Below are positions 28,464 through 38,749 of a stretch of 64,000 bases of DNA, piece after piece. The notes beneath the pieces were generated by a model, which was not told the origin of the DNA, ran no database searches, and worked only from the letters and a program-made list of their open reading frames with translations. The translations under genes were made by a program, and so were the position numbers. Source of the stretch: Tepidisphaera sp. (lineage in GTDB: Bacteria > Planctomycetota > Phycisphaerae > Phycisphaerales > UBA1924); the NCBI GenBank assembly GCA_050916045.1, contig CP051526.1, forward strand, positions 352,001-416,000, in the 5' to 3' direction. Positions within the stretch are counted from its first letter, which is position 1; every line of letters starts with the position of its first letter.

Positions 28464-29711
28464 ATGTCCACACCCAATCCCACGCCGGATGTCGGAACCG
28501 CAAAATCTGCCCGGAGCGAAGCTCCCATCGCGAGGCTCGCCCTCGCCGACGGGTCTGTTTTCACTGGCCTCGCTTTCGGAGCGGTGGGCAAGGGCATTGT
28601 CGCACGGGCTGAGGTCGTGTTCAATACCGCAACGTCCGGATATCAGGAATCTTTGACAGATCCCTCCTACACCGGACAGATTCTCGTGCAGACCTTCCCC
28701 CTGATTGGGAACACGGGCACGAACCCGGAAGACGTCGAGTCCGGGAAGGTGCAGGTTTCGGGGCTTGTCGTCCGGGAACTGGCCCACCGCCACTCGAACT
28801 TCCGCGCCGACATGGACCTCTCGTCGTACCTGGCCCGCTACGGCGTGCTCGGGATCGCGGGGGTCGACACGCGCGCGATCACCAAGAAACTGCGCACGAC
28901 GGGGAGCATTTCGGGCGTCCTCACCGACCGCTCGGACCTCTCGGCCGCCCAACTGGTGGAAATGGCGCGGACCGCGCCGTCGATGGCCGGTCAGAATCTC
29001 GTCCCCCTCGTCGGCTGCTCGACCAAAGCTTCCTGGGAAGGCGATCTCGGCGAGTGGAAGCCCGCCGCCGCGCCCTCGCACGATGAGTCCAAGCCGCGGT
29101 TCCGCGTCGCGGCGCTCGACTGCGGCGCGAAGTCCAACATTCTGCGCAACCTGACAGAGCGCGGCTGCGAGGTAGTCCTCGTCCCGCACGACACCCCGGC
29201 CGCGACGCTTCGCGATCAGCACGCTTCGGGACAGATCGACGGGATCTTCATCTCCAACGGCCCGGGCGATCCGGCGGCGGTGGAGAAGACGATCGGCACC
29301 CTTCGTGCGCTCATGGACAGCAAGCAGCCGGCCATTCCGATGTTCGGCATCTGCCTCGGGCACCAGCTTCTCGCCCTCGCGGCGGGCGCGAAGACCTACA
29401 AGCTCAAGTTCGGCCACCGAGGGATCAACCACCCGATCCTCAACACCGAATCCGGCCGGGTCGAGATCACGAGCCAGAACCATGGGTTCGCGGTGGAGCC
29501 CAAGAGCTTGGAAGCTGCGGGCGGCGTGCTTACCCACCGTCACCTCAACGATGGCACGGTCGCTGGCTTCCGCATGAAGGACCGCCCGGTCTTCAGCGTT
29601 CAGTACCACCCGGAAGCCTCCCCGGGCCCGCACGACGCGGGGTACCTGTTCGACGCGTTTGTTGCGGCGATGTCCGAGAACCGAGCGGAAGCGACCGCGG
29701 CCGGACGCTGA
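28464..29711 (+). CDS. carA: Carbamoyl-phosphate synthase small subunit
   Basis: EVVFNT..SGYQE.LTDPSY, ISNGPGDP, GICLGHQ, FGHRG.NHP, SQNHGF, QYHPEASPGPHD. Confidence 0.97.
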   Translation: MSTPNPTPDVGTAKSARSEAPIARLALADGSVFTGLAFGAVGKGIVARAEVVFNTATSGYQESLTDPSYTGQILVQTFPLIGNTGTNPEDVESGKVQVSGLVVRELAHRHSNFRADMDLSSYLARYGVLGIAGVDTRAITKKLRTTGSISGVLTDRSDLSAAQLVEMARTAPSMAGQNLVPLVGCSTKASWEGDLGEWKPAAAPSHDESKPRFRVAALDCGAKSNILRNLTERGCEVVLVPHDTPAATLRDQHASGQIDGIFISNGPGDPAAVEKTIGTLRALMDSKQPAIPMFGICLGHQLLALAAGAKTYKLKFGHRGINHPILNTESGRVEITSQNHGFAVEPKSLEAAGGVLTHRHLNDGTVAGFRMKDRPVFSVQYHPEASPGPHDAGYLFDAFVAAMSENRAEATAAGR

Positions 29712-29860
29712 TTCCCTCGGATCGGGTTTGATTCGGGGTTGCCGAACACGGTTGGCCCCATGAATCGATGGGGTTTTGCTCTCTGACGGTGTATATTGGT
29801 GCACGGGCAGAGGCCCGCCGGCGTTGTGCTGGGCAGTGCAGGGCACTGAGAGGGGAACCA

Positions 29861-30970
29861 ATGAAGCTTGCTTTGACGATGGCGGCGGTGTCGGGTTCGG
29901 TGATCGCGGGTTCGGCATGGGCTCAGCCGGTGCTGGACGAGGGCGGTCGGTATCCGGCGCAGCTCGCGGGCATCGTTTATGTTCACGTGGCGACGGGTGA
30001 GCGTCGGGTCACGACGTTCGACGGCCGCAGCGGAGCTCCGATCTGGTCGAACATCGACACGATTCCCGCCGCCGGCGAGTATCACGGCATCGACGGTCGT
30101 CAACGCTCCGACGGTCGCGCGACGTACAACAACCTCTCGGTGGACTGGGGTGACATCCCCGCCGGGCCCTTCGTGGACGGGATCAAGATCGGGTACGCGG
30201 TGCCCGCGTCGCTCGCGAGCCGATTCCCCAGCCGGAACGATCCGAACTACGGCAAGATCTTTGGGTTCAACATCCTCTATGCGATCTGGAACAACGAGAA
30301 CGGCCAGCACGACGGCTCGGTGACGGCGGACGAACTGGCGATCGTGCTTCCGTTCCCCGACGCGTACGGCGCGGTGCCCGAAGGGAACGCCTGGCAGGTG
30401 ATCTTCGATCTGGAGGGATCCAACGAGTTCACGATGTTCGCGACCGATCAGGACGGCGACCGCCGCGTGGATTTCGGGTACGGGTACTCGTTCCGTCAGC
30501 GGCAGCACGTGGACCCGCGGAACAACCCGCCGATCCCGCGCGCCGTGGTCGGGCCGCTGCTGGTGCTTCCGGGCAATGCGGGCGGTGCAGGCTTCCCGTC
30601 GTCCAACGGCGTGGAGGATGCGCTGGACTGGTACAACACGTTCGACGCCGACTTCACGTACAACGCTTCGATCCCCGGGTACGAACTTGACCCGACGCGG
30701 ACGCTAGAGCGGAGCAACTTCATCGACACGTTCTTCTTCGGCGGCGATCCGTACGCGTCGTACTACACGCAGCTTTTCGGGTCGATCCTGGGCTGCCCGG
30801 CGGACTTCAACGGCGACGGGTTCGTCGATTTCTTCGACTACGACGACTACGTCCGCTGCTTTGAGGGTGGGACGTGCCCGCGCGGCCGGACGGCGGACAT
30901 CAACGGCGATGCGTTCGTCGACTTCTTCGATTACGACGATTTCGCGCAGGCTTTCGAGGTCGGCTGCTGA
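29861..30970 (+). CDS. Secreted protein of unknown function with C-terminal dockerin-like GC domain
   Basis: Signal peptide AWA/Q; GAGGGG SD; tag at 30794-30970. Confidence 0.8.
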   Translation: MKLALTMAAVSGSVIAGSAWAQPVLDEGGRYPAQLAGIVYVHVATGERRVTTFDGRSGAPIWSNIDTIPAAGEYHGIDGRQRSDGRATYNNLSVDWGDIPAGPFVDGIKIGYAVPASLASRFPSRNDPNYGKIFGFNILYAIWNNENGQHDGSVTADELAIVLPFPDAYGAVPEGNAWQVIFDLEGSNEFTMFATDQDGDRRVDFGYGYSFRQRQHVDPRNNPPIPRAVVGPLLVLPGNAGGAGFPSSNGVEDALDWYNTFDADFTYNASIPGYELDPTRTLERSNFIDTFFFGGDPYASYYTQLFGSILGCPADFNGDGFVDFFDYDDYVRCFEGGTCPRGRTADINGDAFVDFFDYDDFAQAFEVGC

Positions 30971-30979
30971 GCAAGCCGT

Positions 30980-31387
30980 TCAGGCGGGCCAGACCTTCAT
31001 GCCGTCGCGCTTGTAGCGTGGCACGGAGGGATCGATCGCTTGCGACCATTGGTCCAAGCCACCCGCGATCGAGCGGGCGGTGGGGAAGCCCGCTTCACGG
31101 AGAGCGAGGGCTCCCGGGATGCTGCGCCTGCCGTGATGACAGAGCACGGCGATCAGATGGTCGTCGGGGATGTCCAGACGCGGCCCCTTCGCCGGAACAT
31201 CTTCGAGGGGGATGTGGATGGACCGCGGCAGGCTTGCGAAAGCCACCTCGGGCGCATTCCGCACGTCGATGATGGTGACGCGTGAGGGGTCGGTCGCCAG
31301 GGCTTTGGCGAGGTCGGCGGGCGAGATCTCAAGCTCAGGGTCGAGCGGGTGGCGCGGGGGCAATCCGCGAGCGTCAAAGGTCGTCAT
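30980..31387 (-). CDS. Rhodanese-like sulfurtransferase
   Basis: IIDVR, SIHIPL, LCHHGRRS, IAGGLDQWSQAIDPSVPRY. Confidence 0.9.
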   Translation of the reverse strand: MTTFDARGLPPRHPLDPELEISPADLAKALATDPSRVTIIDVRNAPEVAFASLPRSIHIPLEDVPAKGPRLDIPDDHLIAVLCHHGRRSIPGALALREAGFPTARSIAGGLDQWSQAIDPSVPRYKRDGMKVWPA

Positions 31388-31952
31388 GGCTTGTCTCCGG
31401 GTGGTCTGTTTCGTCGTGAGGCGGGGGCTCGGGCTCGCGGAACTCGCCGAGGGCGTGGTCGGCGGCGGCTGCGGCAATCTCGGCATCGAACCCGCGTCGC
31501 ATCAGCGCGCCGAGGAGACGCCGGCGAGCCGCGACCGGATCGAGGTTGGTCCGCTTGGATCGCACCGCGAGGTCCTTGGCTCGGTCGAGTTCGCTCCGTC
31601 CTTCGGTCGCGCGGGCTGTTGCGCGGGCGGCGGTCCTTTCGGCGATGCCCTTGGCGACGATGCGCTGGGTGAGGAACTCGTCGGAAGCGGGCTTGCGGCC
31701 GGCTTCGAGTCGAGCGGTCTCGTCGGCGAAGGCGGCGTCGCTGAGCAGTCTGGCCTGCTTGAGCTCATCGATCACGGTTTCGGCGGCGTCCTGCGGGATG
31801 CCGCGGCGGAGGAGCCTGGCCCGCATCGCGGCGACGGACCAGCCGTGGGCTCCGAGCAGTCGGAGAGCGATCTGTTTGCCGCGCGTGACATGGTCGACCG
31901 GGGGTGATCCGGGCGGTTGGTCGGGGTCGAAATCTGGCGCGAGTCGTCCCAC
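31374..31952 (-). CDS. recX: RecX family regulator
   Basis: ALRLL, RARLLRRG, LLSDAAFA, LMRRGF; start codon uncertain. Confidence 0.75.
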   Translation of the reverse strand: MGRLAPDFDPDQPPGSPPVDHVTRGKQIALRLLGAHGWSVAAMRARLLRRGIPQDAAETVIDELKQARLLSDAAFADETARLEAGRKPASDEFLTQRIVAKGIAERTAARATARATEGRSELDRAKDLAVRSKRTNLDPVAARRRLLGALMRRGFDAEIAAAAADHALGEFREPEPPPHDETDHPETSHDDL

Positions 31953-31989
31953 ACGCGAGCGTACGCCGCGGGTTGGGAGCGGTGGGGGG

Positions 31990-32295
31990 TCAAAGGGAAG
32001 CGAGGTACCCCGAGATCTCGGAGAGGGCTTTGCCGTCCCCCGCTTCGCGGGCGGCTTGGACCCCGGTGATGAGGGTGGTTTGAAGATCGTCGCGGCGGCC
32101 GAGTGCTTCGAGGGACCTTCCCTTGTGGAAGTAGGCGTAGCAGTAGAGCTTGTCAGCGGCGATGCAGCGGTCGAAGAAAGCCAGTGCTTCCTCGTGCTTG
32201 CCAACCTTGGCGAGCTCGATCGCCATGGCGTAGAGGACGAAGGTGTCGGCGGGGTCCGCGGCGAGGAGTCGCTGGAGTTGCTGGATCGAGGGCAT
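31990..32295 (-). CDS. Small TPR protein
   Basis: DPADTFVLYAMAIE...YCYAYFHKGRSL TPR pair. Confidence 0.8.
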   Translation of the reverse strand: MPSIQQLQRLLAADPADTFVLYAMAIELAKVGKHEEALAFFDRCIAADKLYCYAYFHKGRSLEALGRRDDLQTTLITGVQAAREAGDGKALSEISGYLASL

Positions 32296-32377
32296 GCGGG
32301 AACCGTACCGCGCCCGCCGCAGGCGGGGCGGCGATATATTTGACCCCCGGGACGAGCGCCCGGGTTTGGAGTCACGC

Positions 32378-33256
32378 ATGAGCACGATCAAGACGGTCGC
32401 GGTGGTCGGTGGCGGGCAGATGGGCGGCGGCATCGCGCAGGTCGCGGCGGTCAGCGGCCATGCCGTGATTCTGTTCGACAAGTTCGCTCCGCAGCTCGAC
32501 AAAGCCCGAAGCGACCACGGCAAGCGTCTGGCTCGCGAGGTCGAGAAAGCCAAGATGGACGCCGCCGCGAAGGACGCGGCGCTCGCCCGGATCAAGTACA
32601 CCTCCAACCTCGCCGAGATCGCCGGCGCCGACATCGTGATCGAAGCGGTGGTCGAGGACGCGGGCGTGAAAGCCGACCTTTTCGGGCAGTTTGCCCGGAT
32701 GTTCACGGGCGAACAGATCCTCGCCAGCAACACGAGCTCGATCAGCATCACCCAGATCGCCGCAGCGGCGGACAAAGCCGTCCCCGGGACGTCTTCGCGC
32801 GTGATCGGCATGCACTTCTTCAACCCGGTCCCGATCATGAAGCTTGTCGAGGTGATCAACGGCCTGGAGACCTCCAAGCAGACGACCGAACGCGTGCTCG
32901 CGTTGTCGACGGCGATGGGCAAAACCGCCGTTCCCGCCAACGACCGCCCGGGATTCGTGAGCAACCGCGTGCTGATGCCGATGATCAACGAGGCGTTCTA
33001 CGCGCTGATGGAGGGCGTCGCCGAGCCCAAGGACATCGATGAGATCATGAAGCTGGGGTGCAACTTCCCGATGGGACCGCTGAACCTCGCGGACTTCATC
33101 GGGCTGGACACGTGCGTGCACATCATGGACGTGCTGGCCGATGGCTTGAACAACGACCGGTATCGCGCGTGCCCCCTGCTCAAGCAGCTGGTGACGGCGG
33201 GGCGGCTTGGCGTCAAGTCCGGCCGGGGCGTCTTCGACTATTCGAAGCGGGCCTAA
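32378..33256 (+). CDS. hbd: 3-hydroxybutyryl-CoA/3-hydroxyacyl-CoA dehydrogenase
   Basis: GGGQMGGGIA, IEAVVE, ASNTSS, GMHFFNP, PGFVSNR, PMGPL.LADFIGLD. Confidence 0.92.
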   Translation: MSTIKTVAVVGGGQMGGGIAQVAAVSGHAVILFDKFAPQLDKARSDHGKRLAREVEKAKMDAAAKDAALARIKYTSNLAEIAGADIVIEAVVEDAGVKADLFGQFARMFTGEQILASNTSSISITQIAAAADKAVPGTSSRVIGMHFFNPVPIMKLVEVINGLETSKQTTERVLALSTAMGKTAVPANDRPGFVSNRVLMPMINEAFYALMEGVAEPKDIDEIMKLGCNFPMGPLNLADFIGLDTCVHIMDVLADGLNNDRYRACPLLKQLVTAGRLGVKSGRGVFDYSKRA

Positions 33257-33329
33257 AGCCGCCGAGGGGACTCGAACCCCTGACCTGCGCTTTACAAAAG
33301 CGCTGCTCTACCAACTGAGCTAAGGCGGC
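33257..33329 (-). tRNA. tRNA-Thr(TGT)
   Basis: GCCGCCTTAGCTCAGTTGGTAGAGCA GCGCT-TTTGTAA-AGCGC AGGTC AGGGG-TTCGAGT-CCCCT CGGCGGCT; 73 nt; CCA not encoded. Confidence 0.96.
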
Positions 33330-33469
33330 GAACCGACCGAGTGTAGTCGGGCGGGGGGCAAAGCGGCCATTTCAGGAGGTTGTCAGGGGCCGGGAGGGTC
33401 CGGCGGGGGTGCTGAAGGTCCGTTGGGGTGGAGTTCCGCCCGAAAATCGCCGATTCCCGGGAATTGAAG

Positions 33470-33494
33470 GGAACAAAGGCTAAACGCCTGCGTT
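33470..33494 (+). promoter_or_regulatory. Possible ECF sigma promoter GGAAC-N16-CGTT
   Basis: Match to the generic ECF consensus upstream of the protease gene. Confidence 0.4.
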
Positions 33495-33612
33495 ATTCTG
33501 GTCTGGCGTCTCCGGTCCGGACCGGCGTGTTGTCCCGTTTCTCGGGAACGGTCTTGGGTTGGCGTATGTCCCAGTCTTCGGATTGGATCTTGGACAAGAG
33601 GAGTAGGTTCGT

Positions 33613-36420
33613 ATGAAGCACGGCAAAGCACGGTGGGTGGCACTCTCGGCGGCGGCGGTCTTCGCTTTCGCCGGCACATCGCTTGCGGCGGACAGGTCGG
33701 TCAGCGTGGACGGTGCGGCGGCGGCCCGCGACGGTGCGGCGTATCAGCAGCTCCAAAGCCAGGCTCCCGGCGTGCGGTTCCTCGTGATCAGCGAGTCGAT
33801 CCGCCGCGTGTACGGTCCGAACCTTGCGACGGGCACGGACGCGGTGACGTCGGCTTCGAACTTCCTCAGCAGTTACGCGAGCATGTTCGGCGTGTCGGCG
33901 GGCGATCTGGTTCCGTGGTCGCTTTCGAACAACGGCACGAACGTGACGCCGCTGATGCCGGACGATGAGGGCAACCTGCGGTTCAACCTGGTGACGTACG
34001 TGCAGACGCACGAGGGCATCCCGGTGTTCCGTTCCGACGTTCGCCTGCTGACGCGCAACACGCCCGAGAACGACCTGGTGTGGGTCGGCAACGCGCTGCG
34101 TCCGATCACGAACTTCACGGTGGATCAGGCGGTGCTGAACGCTCCCGCGCTGCAGGCGGCGGTCGCGGATGCGGAGCTTCGGTTCCCCGCGATCATCGGC
34201 GGTGAGATTACGCCGGCGGAACTGACGATCTGGACGGGCGTGGATGACAACCGCGAAGCCCCGCGTCTGGCGGTCTTCTTCACGGCGACGACGGCCGCCA
34301 AGCCGGGTGAAGACGGCTACGGCAAGTGGATCATCGTGGCCGATGCGGCGACGGGCCGGGTGATCTGGTCGGAGAGTCAGGTTCACAACGCGGATGTGAA
34401 CGGCCGCGTCACCGGGCTTTCGACCTCGGGCTTCAAGACCGCTGAGTGCAACCCCGAGGTGGACATGGGTCTGCCGTACGCGACGGTCGTGGCGGGCGGC
34501 GTTTCGACGTTCGCCGACGTCAACGGCAACTACTCGGTGACGGGCGCGCCGTCGGGCACGGTCTCGGTGACGACGAGCCCTCGCGGCCGGTTCTTCCGGA
34601 CGTTCGACCCGTCCGCCGATGTCGCGCTGACGTCGGCTTCGGGGTCGGGCACGGTGAACGTGCAGCTGAACGCGGCGAACAACGTCGAGCTCGTGCGAGC
34701 GGGCGTGAACGCGTACATCCAGGCGAACCTGATCCGTGATCTGGTGGTGACGGCTTCGCCGGCGTATCCGACGATCGCGGGGCAGACGAGCTTCCGGATC
34801 AACGTGGGCGTCGCGGGGACGTGCAACGCGTTCTATGACGGGTCATCGATCAACTTCTACAACGCGGGCGGCGGGTGTCACAACACGGCGTTCTTCGACG
34901 TGGTGCACCACGAGTACGGTCACCACGTGGTGGCGACGGGCGGCTCGGGCCAGGGCCAGTACGGCGAGGGCACGGGCGACTGCATGGGCGTGCTCATGGG
35001 CGACCAGCCGATCCTGGGCTTTGGTTTCCAGAGCAACTGCAACGCCGGCATTCGAACGGCGAACAACAACCTGCAGTATCCGCAGGATCCCAACTCGGTG
35101 CCGATCCACACGGCGGGCCAGCTGATTTCGGGCTGCCTGTGGTCGACGCGGAACGAGCTTGTGGCGACGGGTGTTCCGAACTACCGGACGCTCTTGGCGA
35201 GGCTTTGCGTGAACGCGGTTCCGCTGCACCAGGGCAGCACGATCGCGCCGGACATCACGGTGGACTGGCTGACGCTGGATGACAACGACGGCAACATCAA
35301 CAACGGCACGCCGCACTACCAGCAGATCAACGCGGGGTTCACGGCGCACAACATGGACGGCCCGGCGCTCCAGCTCATCGATTTCGCGTTCCCCGAGGGT
35401 CGTCCGGCGTCGCTTTCGCCGAATCGCGCGACGGAGATCCGCGTGAATGTGACGCCGGTGGCCGGGACGCCGGTGGACAACACGGGCCGGTTCACGTACC
35501 GCGTGGGCTCGGGTCCGGACACGACGGCCGCGATGACGCGGATCGGCGTGAACCAGTACATCGCGACGATCCCGGCGCAGGCTTGCGGTTCGCAGGTGAC
35601 CTACTCGTTCTCGGCGCAGGCCGTGGGCGGGTCGACGGTGGTTTCTCCGGCGGGTGCTCCGGGGAACGGGTATCGTGCGACGGCGGCGTTCGGCACGATC
35701 GTCCGGTTTGCGGACAACTTCCAGCTCAATCGGGGCTGGACGGTTGCGACGACGGCGGTCGACGGCCCGTGGGGCCGCGGCGTTCCGGTGGCCGAGACCG
35801 ATCCGACCCGCGCGAGCGCGGTGCCGGCGGCGGACTTTGACGGCTCGGGCATCTGCTACCTGACGGACAATGTCGCGGGCAACTCGGACGTTGACGACGG
35901 CACGACGACGCTGACGAGCCCGGTGATGAACGCGACCGGGTCGGCGGTGATCTCGTACGCTCGCTGGTATTCCAACCACGTCGGCGCGGCTCCGGAATCC
36001 GACACGTTCGTCGTCGAGATCTCGGGCGACAACGGCGCGACCTGGACCAATCTCGAAACCGTCGGCCCTGCGGGCGCAGAGGTTCGCGGCGGATGGAACC
36101 TCCGGTCCTTCCCGGTCCCGGCGGCGCAGTCCACCAGCCAGTTCCGCATCCGGTTCATCGCGTCCGACGCGACTCCGGGCTCGGTGGTGGAAGCGGCGGT
36201 TGACAACGTGACGCTCACGGTCGTCGACTGCACGCCTCCGGCCTGCCCGGCGGACTTCAACAGCGACGGGTTTGCCGACTTCTTCGACTACGACGCGTAC
36301 GTCGAGTGCTTCGAGACGGGCATCTGCCCGCCCGGCAAGTCGGCGGACTTCAACGGTGACGGCTTCGCTGACTTCTTCGACTACGACGACTTTGTCTTCG
36401 CTTTCGAAGCCGGCTGCTGA
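33613..36420 (+). CDS. Secreted thermolysin-like (M4/M36) metalloprotease with propeptide, beta-sandwich domains and dockerin-like GC domain
   Basis: Signal SLA/A; FTP/PepSY-like propeptide (YVQTHEGIPV, VADAATGRVI); CNAFY, HEYGH, EGTGD, IHTAG; tag at 36244-36420. Confidence 0.88.
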   Translation: MKHGKARWVALSAAAVFAFAGTSLAADRSVSVDGAAAARDGAAYQQLQSQAPGVRFLVISESIRRVYGPNLATGTDAVTSASNFLSSYASMFGVSAGDLVPWSLSNNGTNVTPLMPDDEGNLRFNLVTYVQTHEGIPVFRSDVRLLTRNTPENDLVWVGNALRPITNFTVDQAVLNAPALQAAVADAELRFPAIIGGEITPAELTIWTGVDDNREAPRLAVFFTATTAAKPGEDGYGKWIIVADAATGRVIWSESQVHNADVNGRVTGLSTSGFKTAECNPEVDMGLPYATVVAGGVSTFADVNGNYSVTGAPSGTVSVTTSPRGRFFRTFDPSADVALTSASGSGTVNVQLNAANNVELVRAGVNAYIQANLIRDLVVTASPAYPTIAGQTSFRINVGVAGTCNAFYDGSSINFYNAGGGCHNTAFFDVVHHEYGHHVVATGGSGQGQYGEGTGDCMGVLMGDQPILGFGFQSNCNAGIRTANNNLQYPQDPNSVPIHTAGQLISGCLWSTRNELVATGVPNYRTLLARLCVNAVPLHQGSTIAPDITVDWLTLDDNDGNINNGTPHYQQINAGFTAHNMDGPALQLIDFAFPEGRPASLSPNRATEIRVNVTPVAGTPVDNTGRFTYRVGSGPDTTAAMTRIGVNQYIATIPAQACGSQVTYSFSAQAVGGSTVVSPAGAPGNGYRATAAFGTIVRFADNFQLNRGWTVATTAVDGPWGRGVPVAETDPTRASAVPAADFDGSGICYLTDNVAGNSDVDDGTTTLTSPVMNATGSAVISYARWYSNHVGAAPESDTFVVEISGDNGATWTNLETVGPAGAEVRGGWNLRSFPVPAAQSTSQFRIRFIASDATPGSVVEAAVDNVTLTVVDCTPPACPADFNSDGFADFFDYDAYVECFETGICPPGKSADFNGDGFADFFDYDDFVFAFEAGC

Positions 36421-36446
36421 TCGCGGCTGAAGGTCGAGAGAACATC

Positions 36447-36476
36447 AAACCCCCGGGCCCGTGCCCGGGGGTTTTT
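36447..36476. terminator. Intrinsic terminator, probably bidirectional
   Basis: AAACCCCCGGGC-CCGT-GCCCGGGGGTTTTT between convergent genes. Confidence 0.85.
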
Positions 36477-36514
36477 CATTGGTCGGATTGGTTGCGAGCT
36501 TTCGTGAAGACGCT

Positions 36515-38101
36515 TCAAGCCGAGACGCGCTTGGCGGCTTGCACGCGGATCTTCAGGCCGAGCACGGCCGCGAGCACGTCGGACTTGGCGCGGGCGGCGC
36601 GGAGTTCACGCGAGAGGTCGGCTTTCGGCGATGCCGGCTCGGCGGCCACCGTCACCGATCCCTTCCGAACCTCGACGGCAAGGCCGCGAGCCAGAGCTTG
36701 GTGCGAGCGGTCCAGGCCGTCGGCGACGCGAAGGACCCCCGCGAGCACACGCACGAGGTGCTGATCGCGAGCGGAGAGGGCCGCGAAAGCGGCGTGCTTG
36801 GTGCTCGGGCCGATCCGCCGGTGGTACCGGACGATGTTGGCGAGCACGAGCAGGTCGCGGCGGGAGAGGTGCTGGATATCCGAGCTCAGAATGATGTCGC
36901 GGCTGTGCTTGTGATGCTTGGCGTACCCCACGATCGTGCCGACGTCGTGAAGGACGCATGCGGCTTCGAGAAGCGTCACCGCCCGGGGCTCGTGCCGAAG
37001 TGTCTCTCGCACGGGCCGCAAGTCCGCCAGGGCGGCCAGAAGCGGGCCGGCGAGCGTGGCGACATGCTCGGCGTGGGCTTTCTCGTACTTGGCGCGGACG
37101 GCGAAATCGCGGACCGCGACAAGCACATCGGGCATCGGTGTCAGCACGCGATCCGCGAGCGACCAGCAGAGGCCCTCGCGCAAGCCGCCCGAATGCGAGT
37201 GCACGACGCGGATGCCGAAGTGTTCGGTGAGGCGTTCGAGCACGACAAGGCCGGCGAACAGGATCGGGGCGCGGTCGGGCGAAGCGCCTTCGGCGAACGG
37301 CGGGAGGTTCGGAGCCGCATCGCGGAACGCTTGCACCATGGCTTTGAGCGTGCGATGATCGACGGCGGTGTCGGTCTTGCGGCGCGAGCCCGTTTCTTCG
37401 CGGTGTGCCTGCGCGAGGTACGCGACGGACGTCACGGCGCCGCCGGTGCCGACGAGGATCCTGGGCTTGATGGGTGTCGCGGCGAGCTTGGACTCGAGCT
37501 GGTCGTCGATGAACCGGCAGAGCTTGGGAAACGCTTTGGTCGCCATGGCGACCCAGCCGCCGAACTGGTCGGACAGGCGGACCGCGCCGAGGGGCATGGA
37601 GACGACGCGAGCCGCGACGCCGTGCGTGCTCAGGATGACCTGAGCGGACCCGCCGCCGATGTCGATGGAAGCCGCAGGGACCTCGGCGACGTCGAACCTC
37701 CGGGCGAGAGAGAGGTAGGCGAGGGCACCCTCTTCATCTCCCGAGATGAGGTCGACTTCCAAGCCGGTCTCTCGGTGCACGCGTTCGAGGAAAGCCCGGC
37801 CGTTGCGAGCTTCGCGAACGGCGGCGGTTGCGACGATGCGTACGGCGTTGATCCCGGGCTTGCGAGCGGCTTTGGCGAAGGTCCCGAGGGCTTCGACGGA
37901 GGACGCGATGCCTGCGGGGTTGAGGAGGCCGGTGTCGGCGAGCCCCTTGCCGAGTTGGGTGGCGACGCGGTCGTCGCGCAGGACCTTGAACCCACCGGCT
38001 TTGGTGATGTCCGCGATCATGAGGCGGACGGCGTTGCTCCCGACATCAAGAGCGGCGACGCGGGCTGGCTTTGCTTTCGTTCGGGTCGCCACGGGGGCCA
38101 T
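36515..38101 (-). CDS. ppx: Ppx/GppA exopolyphosphatase with HD domain
   Basis: DVGSNAVR, ATAAVREARN, ISGDEEG, DIGGGS, GLREG, LHDVG, RYHR, LRVADGLD. Confidence 0.93.
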   Translation of the reverse strand: MAPVATRTKAKPARVAALDVGSNAVRLMIADITKAGGFKVLRDDRVATQLGKGLADTGLLNPAGIASSVEALGTFAKAARKPGINAVRIVATAAVREARNGRAFLERVHRETGLEVDLISGDEEGALAYLSLARRFDVAEVPAASIDIGGGSAQVILSTHGVAARVVSMPLGAVRLSDQFGGWVAMATKAFPKLCRFIDDQLESKLAATPIKPRILVGTGGAVTSVAYLAQAHREETGSRRKTDTAVDHRTLKAMVQAFRDAAPNLPPFAEGASPDRAPILFAGLVVLERLTEHFGIRVVHSHSGGLREGLCWSLADRVLTPMPDVLVAVRDFAVRAKYEKAHAEHVATLAGPLLAALADLRPVRETLRHEPRAVTLLEAACVLHDVGTIVGYAKHHKHSRDIILSSDIQHLSRRDLLVLANIVRYHRRIGPSTKHAAFAALSARDQHLVRVLAGVLRVADGLDRSHQALARGLAVEVRKGSVTVAAEPASPKADLSRELRAARAKSDVLAAVLGLKIRVQAAKRVSA

Positions 38102-38323
38102 GCTTCAAATCGTACTGATTCCGCCGCGGTTCGGGAAGTCTCGGAGTGTGAAGATTGGCGGGCCGACGGGTCATGAAACGCGCTTCAGTCGGCTGCCGGG
38201 AGCGGGTTGGAGGTGTACGATGCCGCCCGCTCCTCGCAGGAGAGCAGGTCGACCTTGGTGCCCGCGCGGGCCGTCCGCGCGTGTGGGTTTGACCTCCGGC
38301 GGTGAGCTCAGGAAGGGATCCCC

Positions 38324-38680
38324 ATGGCCGACAACCCCCAGCCCGAACAGCGTCAACCCCAGCTCCGGATCGACCCCAGCCGGATGACGACGACCTACGC
38401 CAACACGGTCGTGACCAGCTACACCCCCGAGGAGGTGTTCCTGGACTTCGGGATCCACCAGCCCGCCCAGGGCCCCGGTGGCGAGCCGGTCATCAACATC
38501 GCGATCGGAAGCCGCTGCGTCATGACCTGGGTCGGCGCCAAGCGGGCCGCCATCAGCCTCTACAACCTCATCCGCCAGTACGAGCAGGCCAACGGCGAGA
38601 TCAACGTCGGGCCCAAGGCTCCGGCCGGTGGCGCGAATGCGGGCGGTGGGGCCGGCGGCGGTCCTCGCCTCGTCCAGTAA
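38324..38680 (+). CDS. DUF3467-like protein
   Basis: YANTV...TPEEVFLDFG...AKR...YEQANGEI. Confidence 0.8.
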   Translation: MADNPQPEQRQPQLRIDPSRMTTTYANTVVTSYTPEEVFLDFGIHQPAQGPGGEPVINIAIGSRCVMTWVGAKRAAISLYNLIRQYEQANGEINVGPKAPAGGANAGGGAGGGPRLVQ

Positions 38681-38749
38681 CCTCTGGCGATTGAAATCAA
38701 GTGCAGACCACGCTCCTCGCCGCCGACCTATGCGGCGAGGAGTTCTTTT

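Noticed and set aside
33257..33329. tRNA-Thr as an island integration site
   Set aside because: Its 3' end abuts the hbd stop codon; no integrase or duplicated tRNA 3' end was seen
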